The translations under genes and the position numbers were made by a program. The notes below the pieces were generated by a model. That model made no database searches. It saw only the letters and a list, made by a program, of their open reading frames with translations, and was not told where the DNA came from. A DNA stretch of 64,000 bases, from NCBI RefSeq assembly GCF_009914755.1, contig NC_060940.1, one strand, 5' to 3'. The DNA is from the human T2T-CHM13v2.0 reference genome, Homo sapiens. This document shows positions 46,540 through 61,548 of this stretch, in pieces (positions within the stretch are counted from its first letter, which is position 1; every line of letters begins with the position of its first letter).

Positions 46540-47180
46540 GAGTGAGAGGGCGGGGCCTGGAGCTTTACCCAATCAGTGGCGTCGGAGTGGAAATCCTCCA
46601 ATCGGGAGTAGCCGGAGAGCAGGGGCGGCTTCCGGGATTTGGCGGTGGCCTTTGTTGGCTGCAGTAAGAGCTCAGTCTCTTCACCAGGGGCTCCCAGTCC
46701 TTCCATCTGGGAGGCCAAGGCGGCTTCGCGTTCTGAGAATAGACAGAACCTCTGTTACTCTGTGACCGGCAGGCACCGGGAGATCCGTAGCTCAGACGCC
46801 AGGACATCCCGGAAGCTGGGAAATGGTGAATGTGCCAGGTCGGGGGTCCCCAGAAGAGGGAGAGGGGCGGTCGGAAGCGGCGGGAACCCTCTTTGAGGTT
46901 AGCTCCGGGGTCTGGGCCCTGAGTCCCCGCGGACGCAACTCGGCCCTTGGTCCCCTCCGCCGCAAGATGGCGGCCGGGCCGGCAGCCGGGACCCCGCGCG
47001 TCCGGTCCCCTCCCGACCCCGCAGAGCGACCTCTGCCATGGCCGGAGCCGTCTTTGGGTCGCCGCAGCCCGGCGTCTCCCGAGATTGTGCGGTGAGAACG
47101 TGAGGGTCTTAGGGGAAATCCCGGGTCGGCGTGTGATTCGTGTGTGGGAAGATACTGTGCCCCGTGGTGTCCCAGTCTCC
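46540..47180 (+). promoter_or_regulatory. CpG-island promoter of the KRAB gene
   Basis: GC box gggcggggcc, two CCAAT boxes, the ZNF-cluster TSS-type motif ggcggcttccgggatttggcgg, and YY1 consensus caagatggcggc at 46963-46974. CpG-rich. Confidence 0.88.
46823..46825 (+). CDS. ZNF720: KRAB gene exon 1 coding part (ATG only, phase-0 donor at 46826)
   Basis: ggacatcccggaagctgggaaATG|gtgaat is the classic ATG-terminal first exon of KRAB-ZNF genes. It splices in frame to 56013. Confidence 0.8.
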
Positions 47181-47747
47181 TTTTTCCTCTTACAAATTAA
47201 GGGGAGTCACCCTTAAAGCGTTAAAGGGTTGATTTAGGTAAACAGCGATTGGTGAAATGGGAAGCCTGCCGCCGTGGTTTGTGGTTTAGGGTCCTCTGGA
47301 GCAGCGATTTCAAAATCCCAGGGCTCAGCTTAGGAATGCTGCTGGGGAAAAGAAATAGGGACAATCTCTCTTCCACTTTGGCTGTAGAAAACGAATACAT
47401 TTCCACAGAAAGTGTGCTAGATTAATTGGTCAATTACAAACATTCATTAAAATATCAGGTCCTCTCTTTTGCAGTGGAGGATTTGTGACAGTGGATATCT
47501 GTGTTCCATATTCTACTGCTATCTGGATGTCCGACTTTAATGCCAAATGTTATGAGACAGGACTTGGCACCTCCTAGAAGTGTTCACATATACTAAATGA
47601 TCTGCTATTATGGAAATAATTAAATGACATGTTTCTTGCTCGAAAGAGGTATTTTGGCCTTACCTGTTGAAGTATAAAGTGTAAGTGCCTTACAGTTTCC
47701 TTCCTTTCTATAAAAACTGTTTTGAGTGATTTTGCTATTTTCCTGAA

Positions 47748-47997
47748 ACCTGTTAGGTCACTGAACATCTGACTGGCTGGGCACCTGCTCCTGTCCCTTC
47801 AGTTGAGGTAGGATTGGCAGCACTCCCCAGAAGGCGTGCAGTGCCAGGAGAGTGGAGGAAGGTCTGACGTTTGCTATCCTGGGGTAGGTTTTAGAGCTCG
47901 CTAGATGCTTGTGGAGAGCTGATGAGATGGGAAGAAGGCACCCCACCTCGATGGACCTGAAAGAGAGAGCCTGCGAATTGAGAAGCGGGTGTGTGGA
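47748..47997 (+). repeat. Direct repeat B, copy 2
   Basis: Co-linear 250-bp match to 45661-45910, roughly 90% identical by eye. Mirrored in the paralogous ORFs 45671-45958(-) and 47758-48045(-). Confidence 0.95.
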
Positions 47998-49789
47998 ATA
48001 ACCCTGACTAGGCATAGAAGACCTCAGTCTTATTTGAGCCTGCAAAAGGAGGTCATTGAAGGCCCAGTTAGTTCTTCCTGGGGAGCGCCCCCTTCAGGTG
48101 TCCCTGAGGTTCACAGCAGCCATGGAGGGAGCCCTTTGTTACTGGGAGAAGCTGCAGAGTTCTGGAAAGCAGGGGATTCACAGGCGGATGTGGTCGAGGT
48201 TGGGCTGGAAGGGAGATTGGGAAGCTCTTTCTGAGGGTGGAATTGTTAGTGTCCTGGGGCTGTTTCTTGACTTGGTCAAATAAAACATCTGGATATAGGT
48301 AAGAAGTGCCTTAATTGTAAAGGAGTATTGCAAGAGGAGGAAAGCACCAACTGTAAGATATTTGTGGATCTCACAGTTGAAGCAGAAAAGGCCTTTCTTT
48401 CATAGGGAGGAGCAAACATGATTCAAGGTGGGAGGGGAAGGGCACGACTCCTGGACTAAATCAGATCCCTGATCAGAGAATGTTTCACCCTGAAGTCAGC
48501 CTGTTCTTAGGAGGAGCATAAAGAGGGGTTGAATGTTGACTCAGGCTGTGGGTGGGACAAACCTCAGGCACCTTGGAGAAGGGGAGAAATTTAAGCAACT
48601 TTGGTTAACACATATTTTGTTTTGACCATCGAAGATAAAACTCTTTATTTAATTGCTTATGAGGGGGAAAAAAAGGAAATAGGAGAGTTTGTGGCTTTGT
48701 GATACCTAAAACAGGGAGCATCATCTAAGTCATAACAGGAAGAAGATTCTTTGCAGTAAGCTGCTCTTGAAGAACAAAAAGGAAGGGGGATTTCTTTCAT
48801 CACAGCTGCTTCCCAGGGTTAACTACCTACTCCATCTTTTCCCCACTCCTTTCTCTTGCCCTACACATCTCTTCCATTAGGCTGAGTTGTATCTTTTATA
48901 ATAAACTGGTCAATGCAATTACAGTCTTTGCTGAGTTCTGTGAATCCTTGTATAAAATTAATGAACTTGAGTAGGGTATTATGGGAGGCCCTAACTTACA
49001 GGCAGTAGCTCAGAAGTATAGATGGCCCCTGGGGAATTGTGACTGGCATCTGTAGAGGGGCAGTGTTGTGGCACTGAACTCTGAACTTGTGGGGTCTGTG
49101 CTGCCTCTGGGTGCTGTCAGAATTGAGTTGTTGGACAACCAGTTGGTGTTGGAGAATTGGCTGGTGTTCAGCAAACTCCACACAGTGTCATAAAAAAGAT
49201 AGCACAGGGACCTGGGCTGGAGAGAGACTCTGGGTGTCTCCAGGAAGGGAGGCTGTATTCCCCTGCACACAGACTGTCACCCTACACATTGTCCTGTGAT
49301 TCCACGTCTCCTCCCAGGGTGAGAAGCGACTGAGGACAGAAAGGGAAGAAGTTCTGAGAACAGACCCCTGCCCCCACTGTGCTGCCACCACATAATTCCC
49401 ACCCACTCTGAACACACCCACTAGGCACTGGCGTCGCCATGCCCCTTTCAGGACAAGACATGACCCTCAGGAATTGTGCCCATAGCACCTTTGCTCCTAG
49501 AGTTTCCTGCCAAAATTCCCATACAGGTGCCTAGAGGACTCCTGGCTTATCCTTGCCCCCAGACCCTGAAACTGCAGCAGCAACCCAGTCCCTCCATCAA
49601 CCTAGGCTTGTGGACCACCCAGTCATAGTCTCATCTGCCTGCATGGACACAGGAGTAAGTCAGAGCATAGCCTTGCCTGGGCCAGTATCTGTAGCACAAA
49701 CCAGTCCTTCCACCAGTTCTGCACTGCCCCCCATGTGAGAGTTCTTAGTAGCACCTTCCCTTCTGCCTTTTAACTTCCCCACAAACCCT

Positions 49790-50069
49790 GACAGGGTCTC
49801 TCACTGTGTCGCCCAGGCTGGAGTGCAGTGGCATGATCATGCAGTCTTGACGTCCCTGGGCTCAGGTGATCCTCCCACCTCAGCCTCCCCAATCACTGGG
49901 ACTGGAGGCATGTGCCCCCCACACCTGGCTAATTTTTGCAATTTTTGTAGAGACAGGGAGGGTCTCAATATGTTGCCCAGGCTCATCACGAACTCCTGGG
50001 CTCAAGTGATCCACCTGCCTCTGCCTCCCAAAGTGCTGGGATTACAGGCGTGAGCCACCATGCCTGGCC
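49790..50069 (-). mobile_element. Alu (AluJ-like)
   Basis: gacagggtctctcactgtgtcgcccaggctggagtgcagtggc...ctgggctcaagtgatcc...ccaccatgcctggcc. Confidence 0.9.
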
Positions 50070-50169
50070 CACAAACCCCTTTTTATGTGCATGCGGTGTG
50101 TCCAAGGCAAATCCTCAGGTGCCTGAATCTAGCGCCTGCTGGAATTCAGATGTCCATTAATTCAAGATT

Positions 50170-51135
50170 ATGGCCCTAGATCTCCCAGTTGTGAGAACAA
50201 ATACAAATTAAAAATATGAGACTTAACTCTTCTTGAAAATAAGGGAAGACATATTTCTCTCCTTCTTTTTCTTGAATCATTTACTTTAGAGAATTTTTGT
50301 ATGTAAGTTTTTTTCTGCCTTTTGGAAATATGTCTAAATCATTGTAACAGCTAAACAGATCTTTTGTCTTTTGTCAGTCAGTCTTTGTTTTTTTTTTTTT
50401 TTTTTTTGAGTCTTGCTGTGTTGCCCAGGCTGGAGTGCAGTGGTGCGTTCTTGGCTCACTGCAACCTCTGCCTCTTGGGTTCAAGCGATTCTCCTGCCTA
50501 GCCTCCCAAGTAGCTGGGATTATAGGTGCCTGCCACCACACAGGGCTAGTTTTTGTATTTTTAGTAGAGATGGGGTTTCACCATGTTGTCCAGGCTGGTC
50601 TCAAACTCTTGACTTCAGGTGATCTGCCTGCCTCGGCCTCCCAAAGTGCTGGGATTACAGGCGTGAGCCACTGTGCCTGGCTGTCAGTTTTTGATTCGGG
50701 ACATTCTTTCTCTAGGACTGGGAATCATTGATTTGAACTATAGGTAGCAAAGAAGATAGAGCCGTATCTTACAGTTTCTTTAGGAGAGCAGGCATCTACC
50801 TTCAGGCCCCTGGCTCCAAGTTGCAAATGTACCTACCTGTCTTGAAGACATGAAGTTTATTTTTCCTTTAACTATATAGCCAAATAAAAACCACAGATGG
50901 CCTCCCAATTCCCAGGTGAATTTAGGATGAACTCTTATCTGACAAATGGTGCTGTCAGGTCTTCTATTGAGGACTAATTATGGTGACTTTTCATGAGTGA
51001 GTGTTTTTCCAATCTCTTAGCAGATTGCCTGTAATGTCCTTCACATTCTGGTCTCATTGTGTCATAGAACAGTTTTCTTTCGTTTCTACCATTGTGCATC
51101 ATTTTTCTCGTGATTCTGTTTTTAATTATATTTCC
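50170..51135 (+). mobile_element. Ancient ERV1-type LTR (MER34/39-like), interrupted by an Alu
   Basis: LTR-like sequence (tgagacttaactcttcttgaaaataaggg...cagatggcctcccaattcccaggtgaatttaggatgaac). Family tentative. Confidence 0.45.
50388..50682 (-). mobile_element. Alu (AluS-like)
   Basis: Antisense dimer with a T tail. Confidence 0.93.
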
Positions 51136-52809
51136 CAAACACTGAGAAATGTAAGGTGCCCACCAGGCCTCACTCTAGAGGGGATGTTCCCTCTAAGACT
51201 TCCTGTCACAACCCACATTTGTGCAGCAAAGTGCCTATTGCCCCGAAAATCTGCAGGCAGAATGGTCTTTTTGCTTGTTTGGAATCTTTAATCCCTTCTA
51301 GAAGAGTTTGGCCAGATTTCTACAAAAATAAGTTCACAGGGCATCAGTTAGCCATTCCAGCTCTGTCTTTCCATGCCCCTGGCATCTTCAGACCTGAAAC
51401 CGATTCAGAGACCATGGGGGCTGGAAACCAACCAGGCACACACATGCATTGAGTAGGCCTGAGAATCTCAACATTCCCCTCATCCTCTTGCCCAAATGCC
51501 CATGAATGTGCAGAAGGTGCGTGCCACTTCTCTGCCCCTCCAGCACCTAAATCTGTAGCTCCAAATGTTGAACCCAGGTCCTGGGGTTCTCCAGGATGTG
51601 TGAGAGCAGAATTCCTGCGGGGCTGTCTCCTCTAGTTTTCTTCACAGCAACACCCAAGAATGCAGAGCCAGGTTGATTCCACCTGGAGTCTGCACATAAA
51701 GGCTGGTCTCCACCTGGGATCCACAAGACAGGGCCAGACTTTGGACTGAGGATGTATAGAAAATCCAGGGGACATTTTCTGCATTATGAGAGATTGACAT
51801 AGACCTTGTAAAGCCCTACTTTTTGTGTGGGGTCTTTTAAGTTTTCCAGATCTTGTCCAGTGAGCTGCTGCAGTTCTGTGAGGGCCTTCTGGTCTAAGCA
51901 GAACATGGTGGCAGAATCTGTAAGTGTAAAGCAGCACCTTAGCAGAGGGAGGGCAGGGCCACAACTGTCCAGAGCCGTGAGTGAAGCTACACCTACCTGT
52001 GAGCTGTGTTACTGGAGTAGGGTAATCTTGTCCTTTCTTGTACCCAAGAGTTAGCTGATCAGGTATAGGTAATACTACACGTGGATCCAGAATCTGTGGC
52101 TCCACTGGGGCAGTTCCACTTTGTATCCTGGCCCCACAGAGTCAGCCTGAGTCTCTCCTGCCCAAATCACTACTGGGGCATCAGTACAGGATCACCAGGA
52201 ACTCCCTCACCAGCACCTTGGAGTCCTTGGGACATTTGGTGATGTCCTGTGCAGACTGAGGTCAGGCTGACAACAGGGTCTAATTTCTTTCCATCTCAGA
52301 AGGAAAGGAATGCATCATCCAGGATTTGTTCCTCCACTCACAGAAGGAATCTCTTTATTTGGTATCCAAATGGGATTTGCTCCAGTTTTCTAATACGTGG
52401 ACGAAGAACAAAGAGGAGTTCTGGAGACTCATACTGATAGGTAAACCAATTGCTTCCATTTCATATGGCCATTAGAAAAACATTTGTAGCAGCCATAGTC
52501 CCTACCATCTGGGAACTTTCAGTCTAGAGCAGATGGATAATGGCCAAATTCAGCATCATGTGATCCGGTGCAAGCACGGAGGTATACAGGGAACTTGGGC
52601 TTGATTTGGGACACTGTCCTTATTTGACCTTGTGAGTTCTGATGTCACAATCTGAAGGGCCACCCATGGACAGAAGAGTTGTTATTATTATTTCTATTGA
52701 TTTTCTCTTGATTTGCTTTTTAATATAATTTTCCCAGAAGGCCCTACATGTTTTGATTAAATTGCTTGTTAATGGATTTACAAAATACTTAAGGATGAAA
52801 CAAACAGTT

Positions 52810-52884
52810 AAAATCAGAAAAACTCTGGGAGTCAAGTTCTTGTGGTCAAAAATCAGAAAAACTCTGGGAGTCAAGTTCTTGTGG
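52810..52884. repeat. Tandem duplication, 36-bp identical unit, period 39
   Basis: aaaatcagaaaaactctgggagtcaagttcttgtgg at 52810 and 52849. Confidence 0.95.
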
Positions 52885-55164
52885 CCAGGCTTAGGAAAGA
52901 CAGGACTTAAATCAGCAACATAGAGATGGGAAGCCTAGGGCCTGACCCGTGTCCCTATCCTTGCTCTGCCCCAACCCTGCCCAAATGCACCCTCTTCTGA
53001 GCTTGGTTCAGGTCTGGCCCCACCTTGGAGCCTACCCTCACAGAACTGTTTGTTGGAGATCAGACTTCTGAGTGGTTGCTCTTGCTGGTTCTCCAGAGCT
53101 AGTGCTCACAATTTCCCCAAACCCAAAAGCAGTTAAATGGGAGCAAAGGACAATATGGGGGCCTGAATTTTTTTCTTCATTGAGAACAGTGTTTCTAGAG
53201 ACATCCCACCTGGCAACCTTTTTCCATTCCTGCAGACCCAGTAGTTGCTTCACAAGTAGTAACAAAGTCAATGTAAAGACTACAGTGAGAAATCCTTATG
53301 AACTAAACTTCACCCTTCTTTTCCGTATCTCTCCCATCTGTCTATAGTTAGCTTTTATAGTGACAGGGAAACAGAAGAAGAGAGAGAAAGGCTAGGCCAT
53401 TATCTAAATCCTGCTGGGAATTATGGGATACTCAGGACCCACATCCCAGGGGTTTATATGGCTTAACTCACACCATGTGATGTTGCCAGCACAGTGCATA
53501 CTGTGAGCACACAGTACAAGCTCAGTAAACACTGCTTTAATGCATGTATCCATGCTGTTTTCCAAATGCTGACTTAGATGTTACTGTCCTCTCCAGCCTC
53601 TGTAGACTTTAAATGGCTGGCAAAGGATGTGATTTTTCAGGACAGTGGTTGGTGGTCCTCGCTGTGAATGAAAAGTATTTGCGTTGTGATTAGAGTATTG
53701 GGTGTAAGGGACCCTGTGTTTTGTGCCCGCTTCCTCTAGCTGTGTGCTACTGATTATGGGTCTTAAGCCAATTCATGGAACTTTTCCAAACCTGCAGAAT
53801 CACAGTACTTAGCACGGGCCCCAGAATACCAAATGATGTGTATGCATATTGAAGCTTGAGAGGGAATGCTTAGTTAAGTGATTCTCAGCTCAGGCTTCTA
53901 AGTAGAGTCACATGGCCAGTTTTAAGAAATATGGCCACCTGTATGTTCCTCCACATATTCTGTTTATTATTATACCCAGACTATGATTTACTTTTTTCCC
54001 CCACTAATATACAACGATTATGGGTCCATCAGTGCGTGAGCATTGATACCAATTCGTCTCATTACAGTCGATGCTAACTTCATTCACCTGGTTCAGGTGC
54101 TCTCTGCCAGATTCCTTCACTGGTTATTTTTCTCTTTGTTGTTAATGTGTTTCTAGGAGGGAGGATTTACTGAGTGATGCATGTAAACCATCATGTTTAA
54201 TCCAGAGACTGCCATTTCTCTTTAGTTTCCCTTTGCTTGTGGGTTGCTTTGGAGAGTGAAGGCTCTCACATTTGTTGACCGTAAATACTGGTTTTTGAAA
54301 CTGGAAATTCTGAAACAAGCCTCACTTCTGTAGGTTTCCATTTTAATTTGCTAATTTCACAAGCATACACTCCTTTATTCTCTGTATTTTCAGAGAAAGA
54401 TAACAACAATTAACATATAATTAATATATCTACTGTCTTAAAATTCTAAAATATAACAGCACTTAGAATAAATAAAAACTTGGGGAAAAGAACTAGACTC
54501 AGAAACACAAGCTCTTATTTTAGTTTATGTCATTGAATGTGTTAGTCTTCATAGTTTGTTAAAAAACAGAAAAAGCCATCATCCATATAGTTTTAACACA
54601 ATTTAAAATATTTCTTAATTAAGAAATGTTCTGTCACTTTTCATGTATGTATAGTTACCATTTCTATGTACGTATGTGCGTGTGACATAAGCATCATTTG
54701 ATCAGTTTTGTGTTGCTGCCTTCCTGTTTTCATCTTCTTCTCAGTTGTGACACCTGCTCTGAACATTCTTTTTTACTTATCTCTGCATATTGGCCTGTAT
54801 GTCCCTTTAAAATGAATTCTAAGTTAGATACTGGGGTAAAATAATAAATAAAAAAATAAATAAATATAAATAAATAATAAAATAAGCTCTACTATATACT
54901 AGATATTTGGCAAAAAATTTTTTTTCAGGCTTGAGACAGAGAGGGGAAGGGTCAGCAAAATATTTTTATTAAAGAGGAAGAATAGTATTATTTCTCATAT
55001 AGATTTTTGTGGTTTTTATCAATACATGAAAAACTGCTAGGATGACATCTAGTAAATAGTAAGTGTTCAAAAAGGATTCTACTATTCTTGCTATTATGTT
55101 ATAACCTGTAAATTTCATAAAACTCTCAATTCCACATCATCCCTGAATTCTTCCTTCAGTGTTC

Positions 55165-55345
55165 AACCTCTCTGCTATTCAAAAGTGTGGCCTCTGGACC
55201 TGAGGCATTGGTGTCACTGGTAAGCTTGTTAAAAATGCGGAAACGCAGCCCCAGCCCCAGCCCCAGATCTCCTGAATCAGAATCTGCATTTGAACCAGTT
55301 CTGCAGTTTATTGCTGAACACAGTAAAATTTCAGAAGTATGCCTC
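55165..55345. mobile_element. MER5A-like DNA transposon relic
   Basis: aagcttgttaaaaatgc...cagatctcctgaatcagaatctgcattt. Confidence 0.7.
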
Positions 55346-55444
55346 TAAGTCACCATGACTTTTCCACCTGAGAATTATATACAACTGATTGTGGATGATG
55401 TAAATATAGACTAAAAAATGTATACTCCTATGTTGATGCGTTAG

Positions 55445-55753
55445 TTTTTTGTTTTTTGTTTTTTTGTTTTTGTTTTTTGAGACGGAATTTCGCTCTTGTT
55501 GCTCAGGCTGGAGTTCAGTGGTGCAATCTTGGCTCACTGCAACCTCCACTTCCTGGTTCAAGTGATTCTCCTGCCTCAGGTTCCTGAGTAGCTGGGATTA
55601 CAGGCATGTGCCACCACGCCCAGCTAATTTTTTGTATTTTTAGTAGAGATGGGGTTTCATCATGTTGGCCAGGCTAGTCTCGAACTTAGGTGATCCACCC
55701 ATCTCGGCATCCCAAAGTGCTGAGATTACAGGTATGAGCTACCGCGCCCGGCC
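55445..55753 (-). mobile_element. Alu (AluSq/Sp-like)
   Basis: tttcgctcttgttgctcaggctgg; antisense dimer with a patterned T tail. Confidence 0.93.
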
Positions 55754-55964
55754 TCGATGCCTTAGTTTTATACTTTATATTCCATATAGGCATAGTATCT
55801 ACACTGGTTTTGTGGATTTTGTATCATTCTCTTTCCACAGAGTTAGAGAATACATAGAAAATATTATTGTGTTTAAAAGTATCTTATTGAATATTTCAGG
55901 TCACTCATATAAATCAGTCAGTTTTCTTAGCTCTCTTATTTCATCTTGGTTTGTCAAGTGATGA

Positions 55965-56180
<216 letters not shown>

Positions 56181-56645
56181 TAAGGGTTTTATTTCTTTCC
56201 TTTGTAGAATGTCACTTGGGAGCTTATGCTTTATATGAATGAATTCAGATTCCTGTTTCCAGGAAAAAAAAAATTGTGGGTTTGTTGTAGAAAAGACTTC
56301 CTAATGTTTGATCTTGACATTTGCCTTCTTTCTTGAGGTGATGTAGAAGCTTCACTCTAGTTTAGTAGTGATTCTAGAAAATTGAGTGACATAAACTATC
56401 ATTGCCCACACTTTAAAATCTAATTCCTTCTCCTTATTTTTGATTTAGTCATACTTGGAAGTGAAGCTCAGGATTCCTGTGTTTAAAATGCTTCCTGAAT
56501 ATTCTAAAGAAGCTGACAGGAAACAGTATTTGGGGAAGTAATTTTCTAGGATCCTCTATAATGTTCCCTCTTTACTGAGTATCCTACTGAGCTGGCAATT
56601 AAAGAACTCCCAGCAAGAGTCATGTGACTTTTTCTAATAAAACAG

Positions 56646-56741
56646 GTCTCGCTGTCTCTAAGCCGGACCTGATCACCTTTTTGGAGCAAAGGAAAGAGCC
56701 CTGGAATGTGAAGAGTGCAGAGACAGTAGCCATCCAGCCAG
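56646..56741 (+). CDS. ZNF720: KRAB-B box exon (96 bp)
   Basis: Acceptor aaacag|GT CTC GCT GTC TCT AAG CCG GAC. Encodes (G)[31 protein letters not shown]. Donor G|gtaggt. Phase matches KRAB-A. Confidence 0.92.
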
Positions 56742-57793
56742 GTAGGTGGGAGTGAATGAAGTAGATGACATGGGCGAGAGGTCCAGAGATTAAGAAAGAA
56801 CCAGACCTTGAAGTGTGGATTGGGAAGTTCTCCAGTGGAAATGATTTTTGAGACACCTGGGTTTATTTCTTTCTCTTGCTGCTGTCACAGAGGGACATCT
56901 TCTGTCTCATATTCTTAAATTATCTGATTATTCTCCTTACCCTTCTGTGATCCACCATCAAATTCACAGTGACAGCCAAAGTGCTCCCCTTGGCCTGTGA
57001 GGGCCTGCGTGATCTGACTGTTCTTCCATTGATTTGGGGGCTCTGGGAAAGTCTGTGCATGTTTCTACCTCTATGTGAAACCACTTCTAAAGTTCTGGTT
57101 TTGCCTCATGTCAGAAGTGTGTGAGGCGAGTGATGGACAGTAGGATTTTTTTCAGAAGTCCCAGGAATTCTGTGGATAGATGTCACATATTTTCTGGTAT
57201 ATTAATTTCTAATCCTATGGTGGTTTCCCAGATGATCCTACAAAAATTGAGACTCAGTAATTCATCAGAGTGCAAAACATCTTCCTAAATATAAAAAAAA
57301 ATCTGATTCTGTATTTCACTTCAACTTTTCATCTTTCCTAGCCTAAACTAAGATTAGAAATATAATCTCTGTATGCACAAATTCCACAGATTTAAAATCA
57401 TTTAATATATTACTTACTATGTAGAATTCTTAACTAAATGAATGTCTATGGGAAGCTTACAACATTGTCCAGTATATAGTGAACTTTCAACTCTTACCTT
57501 ATATATTCATAACATTTTATAATTTTGTCTGGTTAACTGTGAAGCTTAATGAGAATGTGTTCTTTATGTTCGTTTTCTTTCTTTTCCTTTTCTTTTTTCT
57601 TTTCCTTCCTTCTTTCATGTGGATTTTTTTCCCACACTTGTAAATTATATATATTTAAGAGGTGCATCCTGATCGTTTGATTTTATATATGTATACATTG
57701 TGTATTGATTAATACAAATAAATTAATTAACATATTAATCATCTCACATAGTTGCCAGGTTTTTTGTGGAGAGAACATTAAAGATCTACTGTG

Positions 57794-58108
<315 letters not shown>

Positions 58109-58496
58109 CTACTGTGTTAGCAAATCTCAAGTATATATGAGTATTGTAAACTATATTCATAATGCTTTACATTAGATCCCCAGAATTTATCTTTTAAATG
58201 AAAGTTTGTACTCTTTGACCAGTATCTCCCCAGTTTTACCACCTGTCAGCTGTTGGGACCCGTTCTACACTTTACTTCTATGAACTCACCTTTTTTTAGA
58301 TTCCACAAATAACTGATATTATACAGTATTTGTATTTCTCTATCTTATTCAATTACCATAGTTCCACCTGGTTCATTCATCCATGTTGTCAGAAATGGTA
58401 GAACTACCTTCTTTATTATGCTGAATAATATTCCACTATATATTTTGAATAATCAGCTGTGAACATAGGGGTGCAGATATCTCTTTAACATACTGA

Positions 58497-58874
<378 letters not shown>

Positions 58875-59871
58875 TAATATTTTGAGGAGCCTCTATGCTT
58901 TTTCCCATAATGGCTGGATCAATTTACATTTCCACCAATGGCATACAACGTTTCCTTTTCTCCACACTGTCACCAACATTTGTGATCGCTTGTCTCTTTG
59001 ATAGTAGACATTCTAACGGTATGAGGTGATATCTCATGATCTGATATCTCATTGTGTTATCTCTCTGTAAATGTGAGGTGATGGCTCATTGAGGTTTGAT
59101 GTTCATTTCCCTGATGATTAATTATATTCAGCACCTTTTCTTAAACCTGTTTGCTACTTTTATGTAATCCCTGGAAGACTTTCTAGTCAGGTCCTTTGCA
59201 TATTTTTAAGTCAGATTTACTGGCAACTGAGTTGTGTGAGATTCTTACATCTTTTGGATATGAAACTCGTATCAGATATATTTTCTCCCAGTCCTTAGGC
59301 CAGTCCTTAGGTTGCCTTTTCATGTTGTTCTTTGTTTCCTTTGCTGTGCAGGCAATTTTTAGTTTGATGTAGTCCCGCTTGTTTTTGTTTTTGTTTTTTG
59401 ATTTTGTTGATTGTGCTTTTTTGGTGTGAAATCTAAAAAATTAGCACCAAGGCTGATGTTGAAGAGTTTGTTCCCTGTGTTTCTTCTAAAAGTTATCCAG
59501 TTTCTGGTTTTACATTTAAGTGTTAATTCTTTTTGAGTTCATTTTTGTATATGGTATAAATGTTCAATTTCATCCTTTTGCTCATAAATATCCACCTTTT
59601 CCAGCATCATTTATTGAAGAGACCATCCTTTTCCCTTTGTGTATCTTGGTGCCCTTGTCAAAGAGTGCTAACTCTATACACATGGGGTTATTTTTGGTTT
59701 CCTTGTTCTGTCCCATTGGTCTATATGTCTTTTTAGGTCAATATAATACTCACTATTAGTATAGCTTTGTAATAGTTTGGAATGAAGAAGTGTGATGCCT
59801 TCACCTTCATTCTTATTTCTTATGATTGTGTTGGCTATTTGTGGTCATTTGTGGTTTTATAGAAATTTGGA

Positions 59872-60181
59872 GGCCAGATGCAGTGGCTCACACCTGTAAT
59901 CCCAGCACTTTGGGAGACCGAAGCAGGTGGATCACTTGAGGCCAGGAGTTCAAGACCAGCCTGGCCAACATGGCAAAACCCCGTCTCTACTAAAAATACA
60001 AAAATTAGCCAGGTGTGGTGGTGCATACCTGTAATGTCAGCTGTTGAGGAGGCTGAGGCAAGAGAATTGCTTGAACCCAGGAGCGGAGGTTGCAGTGAGC
60101 CAAGATCATGCCACTGCACTCCATCCTGAGCAACAGCGAGACTCTGCCTCAAAAAATATATATAAAATAAAATAAAATAAA
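59872..60181 (+). mobile_element. Alu (AluS-like)
   Basis: Full dimer with a patterned A tail. Confidence 0.93.
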
Positions 60182-60685
60182 TTTTAGAATTTATTTCTAT
60201 TTCTCTGAAAAGTGACATTGGAATTTTAATAGGGATTACACTGTATCTGTAGATCACTTTGTGTAGTGTGGACATTTTATCAGTATTAATTTTTCCAGTC
60301 CATGAACAAGGGATATCTTTCCATTTATTTGTGTCTTTTTCAATTGTATTCATCACTGTCTTACAGATTTTACTGAGCAGATCTTTCACCTCCTTTGTTA
60401 AATGGAATCATAAGAATTTTATACTTTTGATGCTATTATAAATTGGATTGTTTGCTTAACTTTTTTTCTCAGATCATTAATTGTTAGTATATAGAAATGC
60501 AACTAATTTTTGTATGGTAATTTTGTGACCTCAGCTTTACTGAATGAGTATTAGCTCTAACTCTTTTTGTATACTCTTTAGGGTTTTCTGTATATAAAAT
60601 CACCTAATCTGCAAGCAGAGAAAATTACAATTCTTCGTTGCTGATATGAGTGCCTTTTATTTCTTTTTTTTACCTAATTGCTCTT

Positions 60686-60925
60686 GTTGCAGGGCAGGTG
60701 AGCCCCCAGATTGGGGCTTATCCTGGGAAGGTTCACGGCTTCACTCAGGAAGAATTCAAGTGCAAGATAGTGGTAGAAGAAAACAGCTTTATTGAGCTGG
60801 CAGTGTTGCAGCTCTATGACTGCTCCTGTGGAGCGAGGCTACCCTGTAGGCAGTGTGCTGAGAGGAGCAGTTCTGCAGTCATGTACTTATATACCCACTT
60901 TTCATTACATGCAAACTAAGGGGCA
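60686..60925 (-). mobile_element. ERV1-type LTR fragment
   Basis: GC-richer insert in the L1 beginning tgttgcagggcaggtgagccccc, with an antisense polyA signal (tttatt, ~60788). Confidence 0.5.
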
Positions 60926-61230
60926 GTGTTTTTTCCCTTCAATTTTTTGGAAGAATTTGAGAAGGATGGACATTAATTCATCTTTAAATGTGTGATACAA
61001 TTCACCCATGAATTCATTTGGTCATGGGCTTTTTCTCATTGGATTTTTTTATAACTGCTTCAATCTCCTTTCTTATTATTGGTCTGTTCAGTGTTTCTGT
61101 TTCTTTGTGATTTAATCTTCGTGAGTCATTCATTTCTAAGAATCTGTTTCTTCTAAGTTATCCAATTTGTTGTCATATAATTGTTCATAGTAGTCTCTTA
61201 TTATTCTTTGTGTGTTGTCAGTTGTAATGA

Positions 61231-61548
<318 letters not shown>

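Noticed and set aside
48200-49200. LTR-like sequence in KRAB gene intron 1
   Set aside because: Probably old LTR relics common in ZNF introns, but I could not assign a family or boundaries with confidence.
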